This document shows positions 1 through 13,057 of a DNA stretch of 64,000 nucleotides, one piece after another (the stretch's first letter is position 1; each line of letters begins with the position of its first letter). The notes beneath the pieces are model-generated. The model saw only the letters and a program-made list of their open reading frames with translations. It was not told the origin of the DNA and searched no databases. The translations under genes and the position numbers were made by a program. This DNA comes from Hemiscyllium ocellatum. Lineage: Eukaryota. The stretch is from NCBI RefSeq assembly GCF_020745735.1, contig NC_083410.1, forward strand, positions 84,634,042 to 84,698,041, in the 5' to 3' direction.

Positions 1-890
1 CTAAACCTTTAACACTATGGCAGTCCCAGTTTATGTTTGGAAAGTTAAAATCCCCTACCATAACCACCCTATTATCCTTACAGATAGCTGAGATCTCCTC
101 ACAAGTTTGTTTCTCAATTTCCCTCTGATGATTAGGGGGTTTATAACACAAACCCAATAAGGTGATCATCCCTTTCTTATTTCCCAGTTCCACCCAAATA
201 ACTTCCCTGGATGTATTTCCAGGAATATCCTCCCTCAGCACAGCTGTAATGTTATCCCTTATCAAAAACGCCACTCCCCTCCTCTCTTGCCTCCCTTTCT
301 ATCCTTCCTGTAGCATTTGTATCCTGGAACATCAAGCTGCCAGTCCTGCCCATCCCTGCCAAGTTTCTGTAACTGCTATGATATCCCAGTCCCATTTTCC
401 TAACTACGCCCTGAGTTCATCTGCCTTCCCTGTTAGGCCCCTTGCATTGAAATAAATGCAGTTTAATTTCTTGGTCCTACCTTGTCCCTGCCTGCCCTGA
501 CTGTTTGACTCACTTCTGTTCTCAACTGTACCCGTCACAGATTGATCTCTTTGCTCACTATCTCCCTGGGTCCCTCCCCTCACCTCCTTACTAGTTTAAA
601 TCCTCCCAAATAGCTCTAGCAAATTTCCCTGCCAGTATATTAGTCCTCTTCCAATTTAGATACAATCCGTCCTTCTTGTACAGGTCACTTCTACCCCAAA
701 AGAAATTTCAATGATCCAAAAATGTGAATCCTTCTCCCATACACCAGCTCCTCAGCTATGCATTCATCTGCTCTATCCTCCTATTCCTGCCCTCACTAGC
801 TCATAGCACCAGGAGTATTCCAGATATTACTACTCTCTAGGAACTCCTTTTTAAATTCCTGCCTAACTCTCTGTAATCACCCTTCAGAAT
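1..890 (-). mobile_element. CR1/HER1-type LINE fragment: end of ORF1 (SGNH esterase-like) and start of ORF2 (AP endonuclease)
   Basis: Minus-strand peptides VVISG...NRRIEQMNA.LRSWCMGEGFTFLDH and YFNARGLTGKADELRA...WDIIAVTETW. Confidence 0.85.
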
Positions 891-1124
891 CTGTGTTTTC
901 CAGGCAGTCAGCTCTATTTGGGGAAAAGTTCACTTGATTTTGTTGTGAAAGACTTGTTTCTTTAACTCACAAGTGTTTTAAATTTGAACCACAATACTTT
1001 GTTTGCCTCATATAGTAATAGCAGCCGGGTGCATGTATTTTATGAGGAATAAACTGGTTTAAATGCCTGTAGAGAATATTTCACAGGCAACAACTGACTT
1101 GGTTACGTGGGATTCAGGCGGGCT

Positions 1125-1556
1125 CGCCAAACTGGAGACAAAATTGGCTTGATGGTAGGAGACAGAGGGTGATGGTGGAGGTTCGTTTTTCAGACTGGAG
1201 GCTACTGAACAGCAGTATTCCACAGTGTTTGTCATTTGTACAAACGGTGTGAATGAGAATATAGGAGGCCTGGTTAGTAAGTTTGCAAATGATGCCACAA
1301 TTCGCGATATAGTGGACATGAAAAAAGTTTCCCAATTAATTGAGTTAATGGGCTTAGAAGAGGCAGATAAATGCGAGGTTTTGCATTTTGGTAAAACAAA
1401 GGGCCAGACTTATACAATTAATGGTAGGGCCATGGGCAGTGTGGTAGAACAGAAAGATCTACGGATTCAAGTACATAATTCTTTGAAATTTGCACCACAT
1501 GTAGGCAGGATAGTAAAGTGGGCATTTAGCAAGCTTGTCTTCATTGTTCAGACTTT
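1125..1556 (+). mobile_element. CR1 LINE RT fragment interrupted by a PLE insertion (resumes at 4033)
   Basis: SKFANDATI and KCEVLHFG motifs; sequence continues after a 14-bp duplication. Confidence 0.85.
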
Positions 1557-4032
1557 AGGGTGTAGGTTTGCTCGCTGAGCTGTAAGTTTGATATCCAGAC
1601 GTTTCATTACCTGGCTGGGTAACATCATCAGTGGCGACCTCCAAGTGAAGCGAAGCTGTTGTCTCCTGCTTTCTATTTACATCTTTCTCCTGGATGGGGT
1701 TCCTGGGGTTTGTGGTGATGTCATTTTCTGTTCGTTTTCTGAGGGGTTGATAGATGGCATCTAGATCTATGTGTTTGTTTATGGCATTGTGGTTGGAGTG
1801 CCAGGCCTCTAGGAATTCTCTGGCATGTCTTTGATTAGCCTGTCCCAGGATAGATGTGTTGTCCCAGTCGAAATGGTGGTTTTTTTCATGCGTGTGTAGG
1901 GCTACGAGGGAGAGAGGGTCGTGTCTTTTTGTGGCTAGCTGGTGTTCGTGTATCCTGCTGGCGAACTTTCTTCCTGTTTGTCCCATGTAATGTTTGTGGC
2001 AGTCCTTGCATGGAATTTTGTAGATGACATTGGTTTTGTCCATGGGTTGTACTGGGTTTTTAAGTTTGTTAGTTTTTGTTTGAGTGTGTTGGTGGGTTTG
2101 TGTGCTACCAGGATTCCGAGGGGTCTTAGTGATGTGGCTGTCATTTCTGAAACTTCTTTGATGTATGGTAAGGTGGTTAGGGTTTCTGGCTGTGTTTGGT
2201 CTGCTTGTCGTGGTTTGTTCTTGAGGAATCTGCGCACTGTATTTTTTGAGTATCCGTTCTTCTTGAATACGTTGTATAGGTAGTCCTCCTCTGTTTTCCG
2301 AAGTTCGTCTGTGCTGCAGTGTGTGGTGGCTCGTTGGAATAGTGTTCTGATACAGCTTTGTTTGTGTGTGTTGGGATGGTTGCTGGTGTAGTATTTGGTC
2401 AGTGTTTGTCGGTTTTCTGTATGCGCAGGTTTGTAGTTCTCCGTTGTCCTTTCGTTTGACTGTGACATCCAGGAATGCGAGTTTGTTGTCGGTTTCTTCC
2501 TCCTCGGTGAAACTTTATGCCTGTGAGGGCGTTGTTGATGATGTTAAACGCCTCTTCTATCTTGTTTCGTTTTGTGATGACAAAGGTTTCATCTACGTAG
2601 TGGACCCAGATTTTTGGTTTGATGGTTGGCAGGGCTGTTTGTTCTAGTCTTTGTATTACTGCTTCTGCTATGAATCCTAATAGCGGAGATCCCATGGGAG
2701 TTGATTTGTTTGTAGATTATGTTATTCAAAGTGAAGTGGGTGGTGAGGCACAGGTCCACTAGCTTCAAGATGTTTTCGTTGGTAATGTGATTGATGGTGG
2801 TTGAGGTTTGTGTGATGGTCTCTTCTAAAAGTGTGGTAAGTGTTTCCTTTGGCAGGTCGATGTTGATGGAGGTGAACAGTGTTGTTACGTCGAATGAGAT
2901 CATTGTTTCATCTTCCTCTATTTTGGTATTTTTGATGATTTTTAGGAATTCCTGGCTACTTAGATGACACCTTTGTCATCACAAAACGAAACAAGATAGA
3001 AGAGACATTTAACATCATCAACAACACCCTCACAGGCATAAAGTTTCACCAAGGAGGAAGAAACCGACAACAAACTAGCATTCCTGGATGTCACAGTCAA
3101 AAGAAAGGACAACGGAGAACTACAAACCTGCGTATACAGAAAATCGACAAATACTGACCAAATACTTAACTACACCAGCAACCATCCCAACACACAAACA
3201 AAGCTGTATCAGAACACTATTCCAATGAGCCACCACACACTGCAGCACAGACGAACTTCGGAAAACAGAGGAGGAGAACTACCTATACAACGTGTTCAAG
3301 AAGAACGGATACTCAAATAATACAGTGCGCAGATTCCTCAAGAACAAACCACGACAAGCAGACCAAACACAGCCAGAAACCCTAACCACCTTACCATACA
3401 TCAAAACAGTTTCAGAAATGACAACCAGACTACTAAGACCCCTCGGAATCCTAGTAGCACACAAACCCACCAACACTCTCAAACAAAAACTAAAATTTAA
3501 AAGACTCAGTACAACCCATGGACAAAACCAATGTCATCCTCAAAATTCCATGCAAGGACTGCCACAAACACTACGTAGGACAAACAGGAAGAAAGTTCGC
3601 CACCAGGATACACGAACACCAGCTAGCCACAAAAAGACACGACCCTCTCTCCCTCGTAGCCCTACATACGGATGAAAAAAAACACCGTGTTGACTTGGAC
3701 AACACATCTATTCTGGGACAGGCTAAGCAAAGACATGCCAGAGAATTCCTAGAGGCCTGGCACTCCAACCACAACATCATAAACAAACACATAGATCTAG
3801 ATGCCATCTATCAACCCTCAGAAAAGGAACAGGAAATGACATCACCACAAATCCCAGGAATCCCATCCAGGAGAAAGATATAAATAGAAAGCAGGAGACG
3901 ACAGCTTCGCTTCACTTGGAGGTCGCCACAGATGATGTTACCCAGCCAGGTAATGAAACACCTGGATATCAAACCTACAGCTCAGCGAGCAAACCTACAC
4001 CCTAAACCTCAACCTGAGCTACAAACCTTGCA
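1557..4032. mobile_element. Penelope-like element (Poseidon/Penelope type) with inverted structure: minus arm ~1557-2956, plus arm ~2962-4032
   Basis: RT motifs MISFDVTTLFT, MGSPL, YVD; GIY-YIG VIYKIPCKDCHKHYMGQTGR on both strands; TSD ATTGTTCAGACTTT at 1543-1556 and 4033-4046. Confidence 0.93.
1595..1634 (-). ncRNA. Minimal type I hammerhead ribozyme motif in the PLE terminal repeat
   Basis: CCA-CUGAUGA-U-GUUACC-CAGCCA-GGUAAU-GAAA-CG-UC-UGG: intact core, stems I and II pair. Confidence 0.75.
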
Positions 4033-6217
4033 ATTGTTCAGACTTTGAGTATAAGAGTTGGGATCTCATGGTACAGGGCATTGGTGAGTCTTCTTCTAGA
4101 GTACTGTGTGCAGATCTAGATAGCCCTGCAATAGGAAGGATACTATTAAATTGGAGATAGTTCAGAAAAGATTTGCCTGCATGTTGCTGAAAATGCAGGG
4201 TTTGAGTTATAAAAATAGGCTGGATAGACTGGGACATTTTCTTTGGAACATAGGAAGTTGAGGAGTGACCTTATGAGGGTTTATAAAATCATGAGGGTCA
4301 TAGATCAGGTGAATAGCAAAGGCCTTTTTACAAGGGTGAGGGAGTTCAAAACTAGGAGACATATTTTTAAGGTGAATGGAAGAAGTTTACAAAAGGGGTA
4401 TGCTTTCCTTTATTGGTCAGAACATTGACTATAGGAGTTGGAAGGTCATGTTGCAGCTGTACAGGACATCAGTTCGGCCACTTTTGGAATACTGCGTGCA
4501 ATTCTGGTCTCCTTCTTATGGGAAGGATGTTATGAAACTTGAAAGGGTTCAGAAAAGATTTACAAGAATGTTGCCAGGTTGGACGGTTTTAGCTATAGGG
4601 AGAGGCTGAATAGGCTGGGGCTATTTTTCCTGAAGTGACAGAGGCTGAGGGGTGACCTTATAGAGGTTTATAAAATCTTGAGGGGCATGGATAGGGTAAA
4701 TAGGCAAGGTTTTTTCCTTGGGGTTGAGGAGTCCAAAACAAGAGGGTATAGGTTTAAGGGGAGAGGGGAAAGATATAAAAGGGACCTAAGGGGTAAAATT
4801 TTCATGTAGAAGGTTATGCAGGTATGGAATGAGCTGCCAGAAGAAGCAGTGGAGGCTGGTACGTTTATAACATTTAAAAGGCACCTGGATGGGCATATGA
4901 ATATGAAGGGTTTAGAGGGATATGGGCCAAATAGGATTTACATAGAATATCTGGTTGGCATCGATGAGTTGGACTGACGAGTCTGTTTCTATGGTGTAAA
5001 CTGTATGACAGTGTGTGTTTATGGGGGGGGGGTCCATTTTTTTTTTACACAGTGATTAATGTGTGCAATGAATTGCCAGAGGAAGTGGTGAATGCAGGTA
5101 CAGTTACAACATTCAAAGGACATTTGGATAAGTCAACAGGAAAGGTTGAGAGAGATATGGGCCAAATGCAGGCAAGTGTGACTAGTTTAGTTTAGGAACA
5201 CGGTCAGCTTGGTCTAGTTTGCCTAAAGAGTTTGTATCCAAACTGTGTGCTCTATGGTCATGGAAGATGGAGGGTAATTGTGGAAGGATGTTTCTCTGAC
5301 TGGAGGTCTGTGACCAGTGACGTGAGTAAATATAGATGGGTGGACTAGTGAGTTTGCAAATAATATGAAAATTGGAGTTGTGGACCATGAAAATGATTAT
5401 CAAAGGATACAGCAAGATATAGATAAAATGGAAAGTTGAGTGGAGAAATGTCAGATGAGTTTAATCCAGACAAGTGTGAGATGATGCATTTTGGAAGGTC
5501 AAATGCAAGCAAAAAGCAGGCCTCTCAGACCGTTGTTATACAAAGGCATCTTAGGATCCAAGTCCACGCTCCCTGAAAGTAGAAAAGGTGGTGAAGAAGG
5601 CTTATGGCCTTCACAGGTTGGGGCACTAAGCAAGAAATTGTCAAGCCATGTTATAGTTGCATCAGACTTTAGTTAGGCCACATTTAGAGTACTTGTGTGC
5701 AGTTCCGGTATCATTCTATAAGGATGAATGTGAAGGCTCTGGGGACGGTGCAAAAGAAGTTTACCAGGATGTTGCCTGGATAGGAGTATATTAACGATAA
5801 GGAGATCATGGTCAAACTTGGATTGTTTTTGTTACAGGGTCAGAGGGTGACGGATGATCTGATAGAAAAATATAAATTTATGAGACGGATGGAAAAGGTG
5901 AATAGTTGGAGCCTTTCTCCCAAGGTGGAAATGTCAAATATTAGGTTTAAGGTGAGAGAGGAGAGGTTTAAAGGAGATATGCAAGGAAAGTTTTTTGCAC
6001 AAAAGATGGTGGGTGTTTTGAATGTGCTGCAACGGAAGTTGATAAGCTTTGCTGATGTATCTGCTTTTAAGAAGCATTTAGAGAGACACATGCAGGGAAT
6101 ACAGCAATATGGACCATGTAGACGCAGGTGGATTCGTTTAGAAATGACATCACGATCAACACAGACATGGTGGGCCAAAGGGCTTGTTCCTGTGCTGTAC
6201 AATTCTAAGATCTATGT
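4033..6217 (+). mobile_element. Cluster of nested and tandem CR1 3' fragments
   Basis: Repeated LYRTLVRPLLEYCVQFWSP, RGDL.EVYKI, WNELPEEVV motifs and CR1 3' tails. Confidence 0.9.
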
Positions 6218-6499
6218 GTTAGAGTGTAAAGCTCAGAAAGAACGTAAGAACACAGGAAAGAGGAGCAGGAGGAGGACATTCAGCCTATTGAAACTACTTT
6301 GCTATTTTCCACTATTCTCACATCTCTTGATGTCACCTTTATCTAAAAATCTGTGAATTTCTTTCTTGAACAAGTTGAATCATTGAGTTATCACAGTCCT
6401 TGGGCATAAAGAATATTGAGAATAAAGAGAGGAAGAGAGACTATTAATCAGTGTATAGCTATACTGAGAAATCTAGGTGAATCTTGAGAATTTAAACAA

Positions 6500-8450
6500 A
6501 TAAAGGATGATCCCTGGAATAGTATTGTCTCAGGGATAAGAAATCTTGTGAATGTTTGCTGAGAAAAAAAAAGATACACTCAAGAAAACTAATGGCATGT
6601 GCAGAAGCTCTGAGATTATTGATGGGAGAATAGATGAGGTTTAACATCTTGCTAAGAGACAGAAACCTAACAAGCACAAGTCAATTAAAACAAGTAAGGA
6701 CATTGTTTTTATGCTCATCCTTCTGTTCAAAGACCAAAACTGTTGTACATTTTTAGAGGTGGGGGGAATCACAAGAAGATTAGGAAGCATGACAATGGAT
6801 AGAAGTAGTGGTCTAATTGGAAGAATGTTGTGGAGGTGCCAAAGTTGGACTGGGGTGGACACACTTCACTTGAAGGAATAGGGCTTGTGATTTCAAATAA
6901 ACCAGTTGGACTATAACCTGTGATGTCTGACCTAATTGGAAAACGCTAAGTAATTTGCATGCAAATATTTTGCTAGAAAGAAGAAAAGGAACCTATTAAG
7001 GTGATTGCTGCAAAGATTTCTGACATATCAGTCTATGCGTTCGCGTAAATTGCCATTCTCAAGTCTTAGGGTATAATAAGGTGTGCATTGGCAACTGCAC
7101 CAAGTGAATGTGAAATGTCAGAAGAAATTGCTGCTATGTGCAATAACATGAACTTCTCAGACTTCTGTCAAGATGGTGACCCAAAAACAAAGCTGTTAAA
7201 GGCAAAGCACTATGAAGGCATAATGCTCATTCCAAGAGGACAAACTAAGCTAAGAGTCCAGAACACCATGAAGAAGGAAGATCTGCAGTTCGAGATAGTG
7301 GAGATGAAGCAAAATCCCCATACCTCAGCTGAAACAAATCAGAAACTTGGACTGATGATCCTTCACATAGCAGAAGAAATTGATGGTGTTGTGCATATCA
7401 CCAAAGTATTGACTGTTGAACAGATTCTAGCAGACTACATCTTGCTCAAATAATGTAAACTAAACAATGAGATGAAAATCTTCAAATTCTACATCTAAAG
7501 AAAGGATGGCCTTAAACCATTAAAGTAAAACAATACTGGGCATACAGAGACAAAATGACTGTACGAGAAGGCACCTTGTACAAAGGCTCTCCATAAAGAA
7601 TTGCGAAAAGAGATGAAGTTTTTTTAAGAATTCATTCATGGGATGGGGACGTCACTGGCTAGGTCAGCATTTATTGCCCATCTCTAATCGCCCAGATGGT
7701 AGTTCAGAGTCAACCACATGACTATGGGTCTGGAGTCACAGTAAGCCAGACAGGAGGTTTCCTTTCCTGAAAGTGAACCAGATGGGATTTTTTGTCAATT
7801 GGTAGTGGCTCATGATCATCATTAATTTCTTAATTCTAGATTTTTAAAAAATTGAATTCAAATTCCACCACTTGCCATGGCGGGATTCAAACCTGGGTCC
7901 CCAGAACACAACCTGGATTAAGAGTATAATGATTAATGCCAGTAGGCCACCACCAACCCACAAGACAAAGAAAATCAAGTCTAATCTGAGGAAGATCATG
8001 GAAGTGCTCCACAGGGGCAATAAGATACAGCTAGTGCTGTGCTTGTAATGAACATCAAGTTAAATCGTTTAAATAATTTGTAATGACATAATATCCCAAA
8101 CAGACCATGGATGAAGCTTGCAATGAACCTCTTCACTCTCACAAACTGATATATCAGAGTTAGCTCCTAGAAATTAGATCTGTTGATGATTTTGATCTCC
8201 AGTAATATATCAGGTAACCTTTCAGTCATTAGGGCATTCAAATGGTGAACACAATGGACCTAAATACTGGTGAGGCCCTCACTAGTTTTTCTTTTTTTTT
8301 GAACAAGAAGTTGAGGTGAACAGCTAAACTTTGAATAGCAGATTGCTTTAAAGAAGAGGAGGATGAAAACAGATGTTTCCTGTTGAGAACTGGCCTAGAA
8401 GATAAAGCAACTTAGTTATTGTTCCAAGGATACTATAGGCCAATTGGCAC
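6500..8450 (+). mobile_element. Highly decayed Gypsy-like LTR retrotransposon internal region
   Basis: IPNRPWMKLAMNLFTL from 8093 resembles the integrase start PxRPWxKxxxDLF; weak gag-like remnants near 6980-7200. Confidence 0.4.
7620..7953 (-). mobile_element. tRNA-headed SINE made of the head and tail of the LINE at 15170/37362
   Basis: A-box TGGCCTACTGG, B-box GGTTTGAATCCC, tail GATGGGCAATAAATGCTG...CATGAATGAA. Confidence 0.75.
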
Positions 8451-9559
8451 TAAGATGTTGCTACAGTCTGGGCTGGCATCCATGTGGTTGTGATGGCCAA
8501 CCAGGCAGGTGCGATGCTAACCAGCCAATCATAGAGAATCTTGATTGGAAAGGGAGAGAAAAGCAACCCTACCGAGCAAATTTGATTCTGCTGACAGGAC
8601 AAGGAACTGCACAACTCTTAATCCCAGATATCACCTTTTCCCCAACAAATGTAATTGATCATCAACCTTAGAAGTGACACTTCCCAGAAAAGCAACCTCA
8701 CCCCAGGAACCAAAAGGCACCAAATGAACCATTAAAACATTACAGGGATATCTTAAGACAATCTGATTGCTTTGAAAAAAAAGTGTGCAATACATAAATG
8801 GGGGGCACAAACTGGACAGACTAGAAAGAACTTCATGTTCATGCATGATCAACTTTAGCAATTGTAACATGAAAGTATGCTAAATGCATATTTTTGTGAA
8901 AAGGGGAAATGTTTGGCCAAATTCCTGTGCGCATTGTATATTGTCATGTCCACGTGACCTCTTTGCCATGATCTAAAGTTCCAGTGCCACTACTTTACTC
9001 ATCATGTGGAGCTCTGATTGGAATCCAAATCCATTACTGGATCTCTACTGAAGGCAGAAAAACCGTGTAGGCTTATGAGGAAGGATCACCAGATCCGAAA
9101 CATTAACTTTGACTTCTCTGCACAGATACTGCCAGACCCTGCTGAGCTTTTTCAGCACTTATTTCTGATTTACAGCATCCACAGTTCTTTCAGTTTCTGT
9201 TATAACATACGGTGCATATCTCAAATAAAATGGTTTACACGGGTGGTGAAGGGGTTTAACCACTAAAATCCTCCTCCAGCTGTTCACCAATTTGCACATT
9301 AAAAAAAACAGTAGCTACGTTTTAGTTTAAAAAGTAGATCAGTGTCCTCTCCCAAGCAGCACCCCCTCGGGCGAATTAGACCAACGTCAAGAAGGAAATA
9401 AACGTTAAGCTTCAAATGTATAAACGTGCGATGTTTAAAACCAAACTCCTCGTCACATTGAGTTGTAAAAACAAATTAAAACCACATGAAAGGTGATGAC
9501 TTAGTGAATAAATAAATAACCTGGTTTGACCTCTCAGCCTCAGACTAATCTCGAAGTCA

Positions 9560-9790
9560 AAACCCCTGACCTTCAGGCTTTTTGTCAAGTCGTCCCTCCG
9601 GATTTCGGATGATAGTCCCCTGAATATTAAACGTGTCAACCTGGGTAGAGAAAGGCCTCTCTTGTCTTTATCTCCGGCCGCTCCGGGAGGCCTGCGTTTC
9701 CCGGTTACCAGGCAACAGCCACATCCGGTACTGGGAACCGCCCTTCCGCCGATGTCATATGCCCGCACGTGCTGAAGCACATTGGGAAGC
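9560..9790. promoter_or_regulatory. CpG-rich promoter of an unidentified gene, probably minus strand with a non-coding first exon
   Basis: X-box GTTACCAGGCAAC 9704-9716; ETS-like ACATCCGG 9721-9728 and CTTCCGCC near 9743; E-box CACGTG 9766-9771; minus-strand donor GAAG|gtcagg near 9571. Confidence 0.65.
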
Positions 9791-11185
9791 AGGGGCCTGT
9801 GACAAAAGCCTGTCCATTATTCTCAAACCACAGGTCAGCAGGACGGTGCAATACACTTGCCTTGCCTGACATAAGGCTCAAGATGTACTCAAAGAATGGA
9901 TACCAGCTAGGTCAAAGTGGCCTGTTTTTAGCACCTTCACTACCATCCGATGAAGCTAGTGCTTCCAAGTAAACCTGTTGGACTATGACTTGGTGTTGTG
10001 TGATTTTTAACTTTCTTCACCCCTTCAACATTCATTCCCTTTAGAATCCTACCACCTACAAAGTCTCCTTCGCGTCACTATAATCCTGACTTTGAACTAT
10101 ATCACCATACCTTCACTTGCTCAAAATCCTGGAACTTCCTTTTGATTGTTCTACGGGTGTCCTACACCTTAAGGACTGCAGTGGATGGCAACGTACTGTA
10201 ACCTTCAGGGCAATTAGGAATGGTCTAGCCAGCAATATTCAACACCTTTTTCAGGGCAATTAGGAATGATTTGGCCAGCAATATCTACAGCCTATGAACA
10301 AATAGAACAAAAGCACTAACAAAAGCGTGATAGTAAACCAACCAGTTGTCTATGCTAATATATTACCTACACCATACTTCTTTGTCTTGTGCAGTAAACT
10401 ATTTGTGGCATGTTGATAAATTTGAATATACTAGTTACTAATTCCTTTTTATTCACCCTGTGCTTTACACCCTCAGAGAATTCCAGTAAGCATCAAATGC
10501 AAGCTCCTCCACAGAATCATACTGATTCTACCTCATTGTAATACGATTTTCTCAATATCCTGGCACGACCTCCACCTGCAAATTCCTCTTCAAGCCACTT
10601 AGCATCTTGACTTGGAAATGTATCGCTATTTCTCAGTGGTTGCTGGGTCAAAGTCCTGAAACTAACAGTATTTTGGATGTGCTTACAATAAATGCACTAC
10701 AAAGGTTCATAAAGGTAGCTGACCATCATCTAGTCAGGACAATTAGGGATGTACAATAAATGCTGGCCCAGCTAGCAAAGCCTATACACCCCATCTTGAA
10801 AAATAATGCATTCTACAATTTTCCCAATGACATGCATTAATGGTCCTATTGTATCCTGCTTGCTGTCATTTTGTTTGAATAATGGTATTCCATTTATAGT
10901 TTTCTAACCTATTAATGCCTTTCCAGAATCAAAGGAATGTTTGAAAATTATAAAGAACACATGCACTATCTCCTTCCAAGTCCAAGGACTTGAACTTCAG
11001 TTCTATTAGCCTCATACCACCACCCCCCCCCCAAATCGGCGATTGATAGCCTTAAGTTTTTGCCTCTTGCTTTTCGACTTTTCTAAGAAAGCTGTTGTTT
11101 ACCGTGAAAACAAATATACTTATTCAACACCGCCGTTTCCTTGTTGTCTATTATTAATTCTCAAGTCTCTCACCTTCTAAAGGGA

Positions 11186-11392
11186 AAGTGAGGTCTGCAG
11201 ATGCTGGGGATCAGAGCTGAAAATGTATTGCTAGAAAAGCGCAGCAGGTCAGGCAGCATCCAAGGAACAGGAAATTTGATGTTTCGGGCATAAGCCCTGA
11301 TTCCTGATGAAGAGCTTATGCCCGAAACGTCGAATTTCCTGTTCCTTGGATGCTGCCTGACCTGCTGTACTTTTCCAGCAACACATTTTCAG
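11186..11392. mobile_element. Fold-back mini-PLE (Neptune-type terminal repeat) with hammerhead motif
   Basis: ~83-bp inverted arms, ~30-nt one-sided tail, TSD CACCTTCTAAAGGGA at 11171-11185 and 11393-11407; arm matches the 3' end of the PLE at 63590-63685. Confidence 0.88.
11300..11335 (+). ncRNA. Minimal hammerhead ribozyme motif
   Basis: AUUC-CUGAUGA-AGAGCUUAUGCCC-GAAA-CG-UC-GAAU; one mismatch in stem II. Confidence 0.65.
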
Positions 11393-12640
11393 CACCTTCT
11401 AAAGGGACCAACATTTACTTTGTCTACTTTCCTTTCATAGAAATTTTCACCCGTTTTACAATGATTTGTGAAGAGACCATTATATGCATCCATGTTGTTC
11501 AATGCCTTCCTTCATCTCTCTTTCAGTAGTCATTCTAGAGTAAATCATAGCATAACTAGGAGACAAACTGTTAAGACAAACGCTTATTAAAACACTTAAT
11601 TTTGATGCATGGTCATTACATCAATGTATCAACCTTACTTTCTCTGCACAGGCTGACTGACATGCTGCATGTTTTCATTTTTATTTTTATACTTTTAGTT
11701 CCAGCAAAATTATTTTGCTTTTGTTTTTAATAATGTTTAATAAATTAGTAAAGTATTGAAGAAAAAGATACAACTGTATTTTCCAAAAGGTTTGTACTGT
11801 TACTCAATGACAGGGTGTGCCCATTTTTACAGGTTGCAGAGAGGACAAGAGATTATTTATTAAAGCAACATTTCCAAAATATATGCACACACATTGTGGC
11901 TTATAGAGATTACTGTATTTGGGTCATTGGTAAACTAAGCATGGAAACCAACAGTCATCACCTGTAGGAGGAAAATACAATGTTGAAATTGATACCAGTG
12001 GTGGGAGAAAGTACAAGGCATTTTACTCAGTCAAACGCAATTAAATGGCTTCCAAAACATTCATACATGACCACCACCGAGTTTCGCAAAACTGTTGCAA
12101 TTTAATAGTAACAAAATGTTAGCTCTGACCAACAGATGACAATATCTCATTAGCAATCAAATGTAAACTTCTTATTCTGATTAGTTTGAAATTTTTTTAA
12201 AAAACAATCTGGTTTCTTCAACAAATTAAAAGGATTAGGGTTGGCATGAACCCTAACACTAGGACAAACTTTGTTAGGATGAACAGTCCATTTTAGTTTT
12301 ATGAATTCAATCTGCATTCCTCTGGTATATCCTCGAGTTTCTTCAGCCTTGCACTGGTGGCTGCACACTCAGTTGCTGAGATGAAAGCTGCTGTATTCCC
12401 TTGCTAAACTTATCCACTCCTCTGCACTGATCTACCCCTTAAAACCTGCATGATTGAATAATCTTTTCTTCAAATATTCAAGTGTTTCCTGAGTTAACGG
12501 TCAAACTTTGTCTGATAATGTTGCTGTGAAGTGCCAAGATATTTCATTGCAGTAAACCAATAAAAATAAAAGTTGTAGCTGCAAAAACAAAGAGCTGAAT
12601 ACTTGTGATAGTCAGCCTCAAGTCTTTGAACAGTAAACAT

Positions 12641-12646
12641 TTTATT
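12641..12646 (-). terminator. Candidate POLR3F polyadenylation signal AATAAA (alternative at 11856-11861)
   Basis: TTTATT on the plus strand about 410 nt past the stop codon. Confidence 0.45.
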
Positions 12647-13057
12647 CAACTGTCCTGATAACTGTCAAGTAAAGTTTAAACTAGAAATGTATGGATACAA
12701 AAATTAAATGTTGTTCTATTAAAATAAAAACCCTCAGCTTTAGTTTTCATCATTTCACATTCAAAACTCTGCAGATTCAATTCTTATCATATCTTGCCAT
12801 TGTGGGCCGAGCTCCATCTTCATTTCCATTAAGTATTCATTGAAGGGGGAGCTAGGAAAGTACGATGAAAAGAACAGAAGGATTTTTTTGAAGAGGGATT
12901 GAAAGAGTCTTGGAGGGTAAACACTGTCATAGACCAGATGGAACAGAATGGTCCGTTTCTATGCTGTGCACAATAAAAGTCCATCCAGGCCATGCCAACA
13001 GTTTTAAATGGTCCAACAATCGATCTCTAAAGTCTGTCTTTGTTATGCCAATATTGG

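Noticed and set aside
7088-7453. 121-aa ORF
   Set aside because: No recognisable gene or splice context; most likely a decayed LTR-retrotransposon remnant.
9412-9780. 122-aa minus-strand ORF over the CpG island
   Set aside because: Non-ATG start and no recognisable homology; typical of a GC-rich promoter.
10200-10290. ~46-bp tandem duplication
   Set aside because: Local duplication of a LINE 3' tail; two units only, not a CRISPR-like array.
9800-12600. Searched for RBBP9 exons expected from human synteny
   Set aside because: No RBBP9-like peptide recognised by eye; the region looks like repeats and POLR3F 3' UTR.
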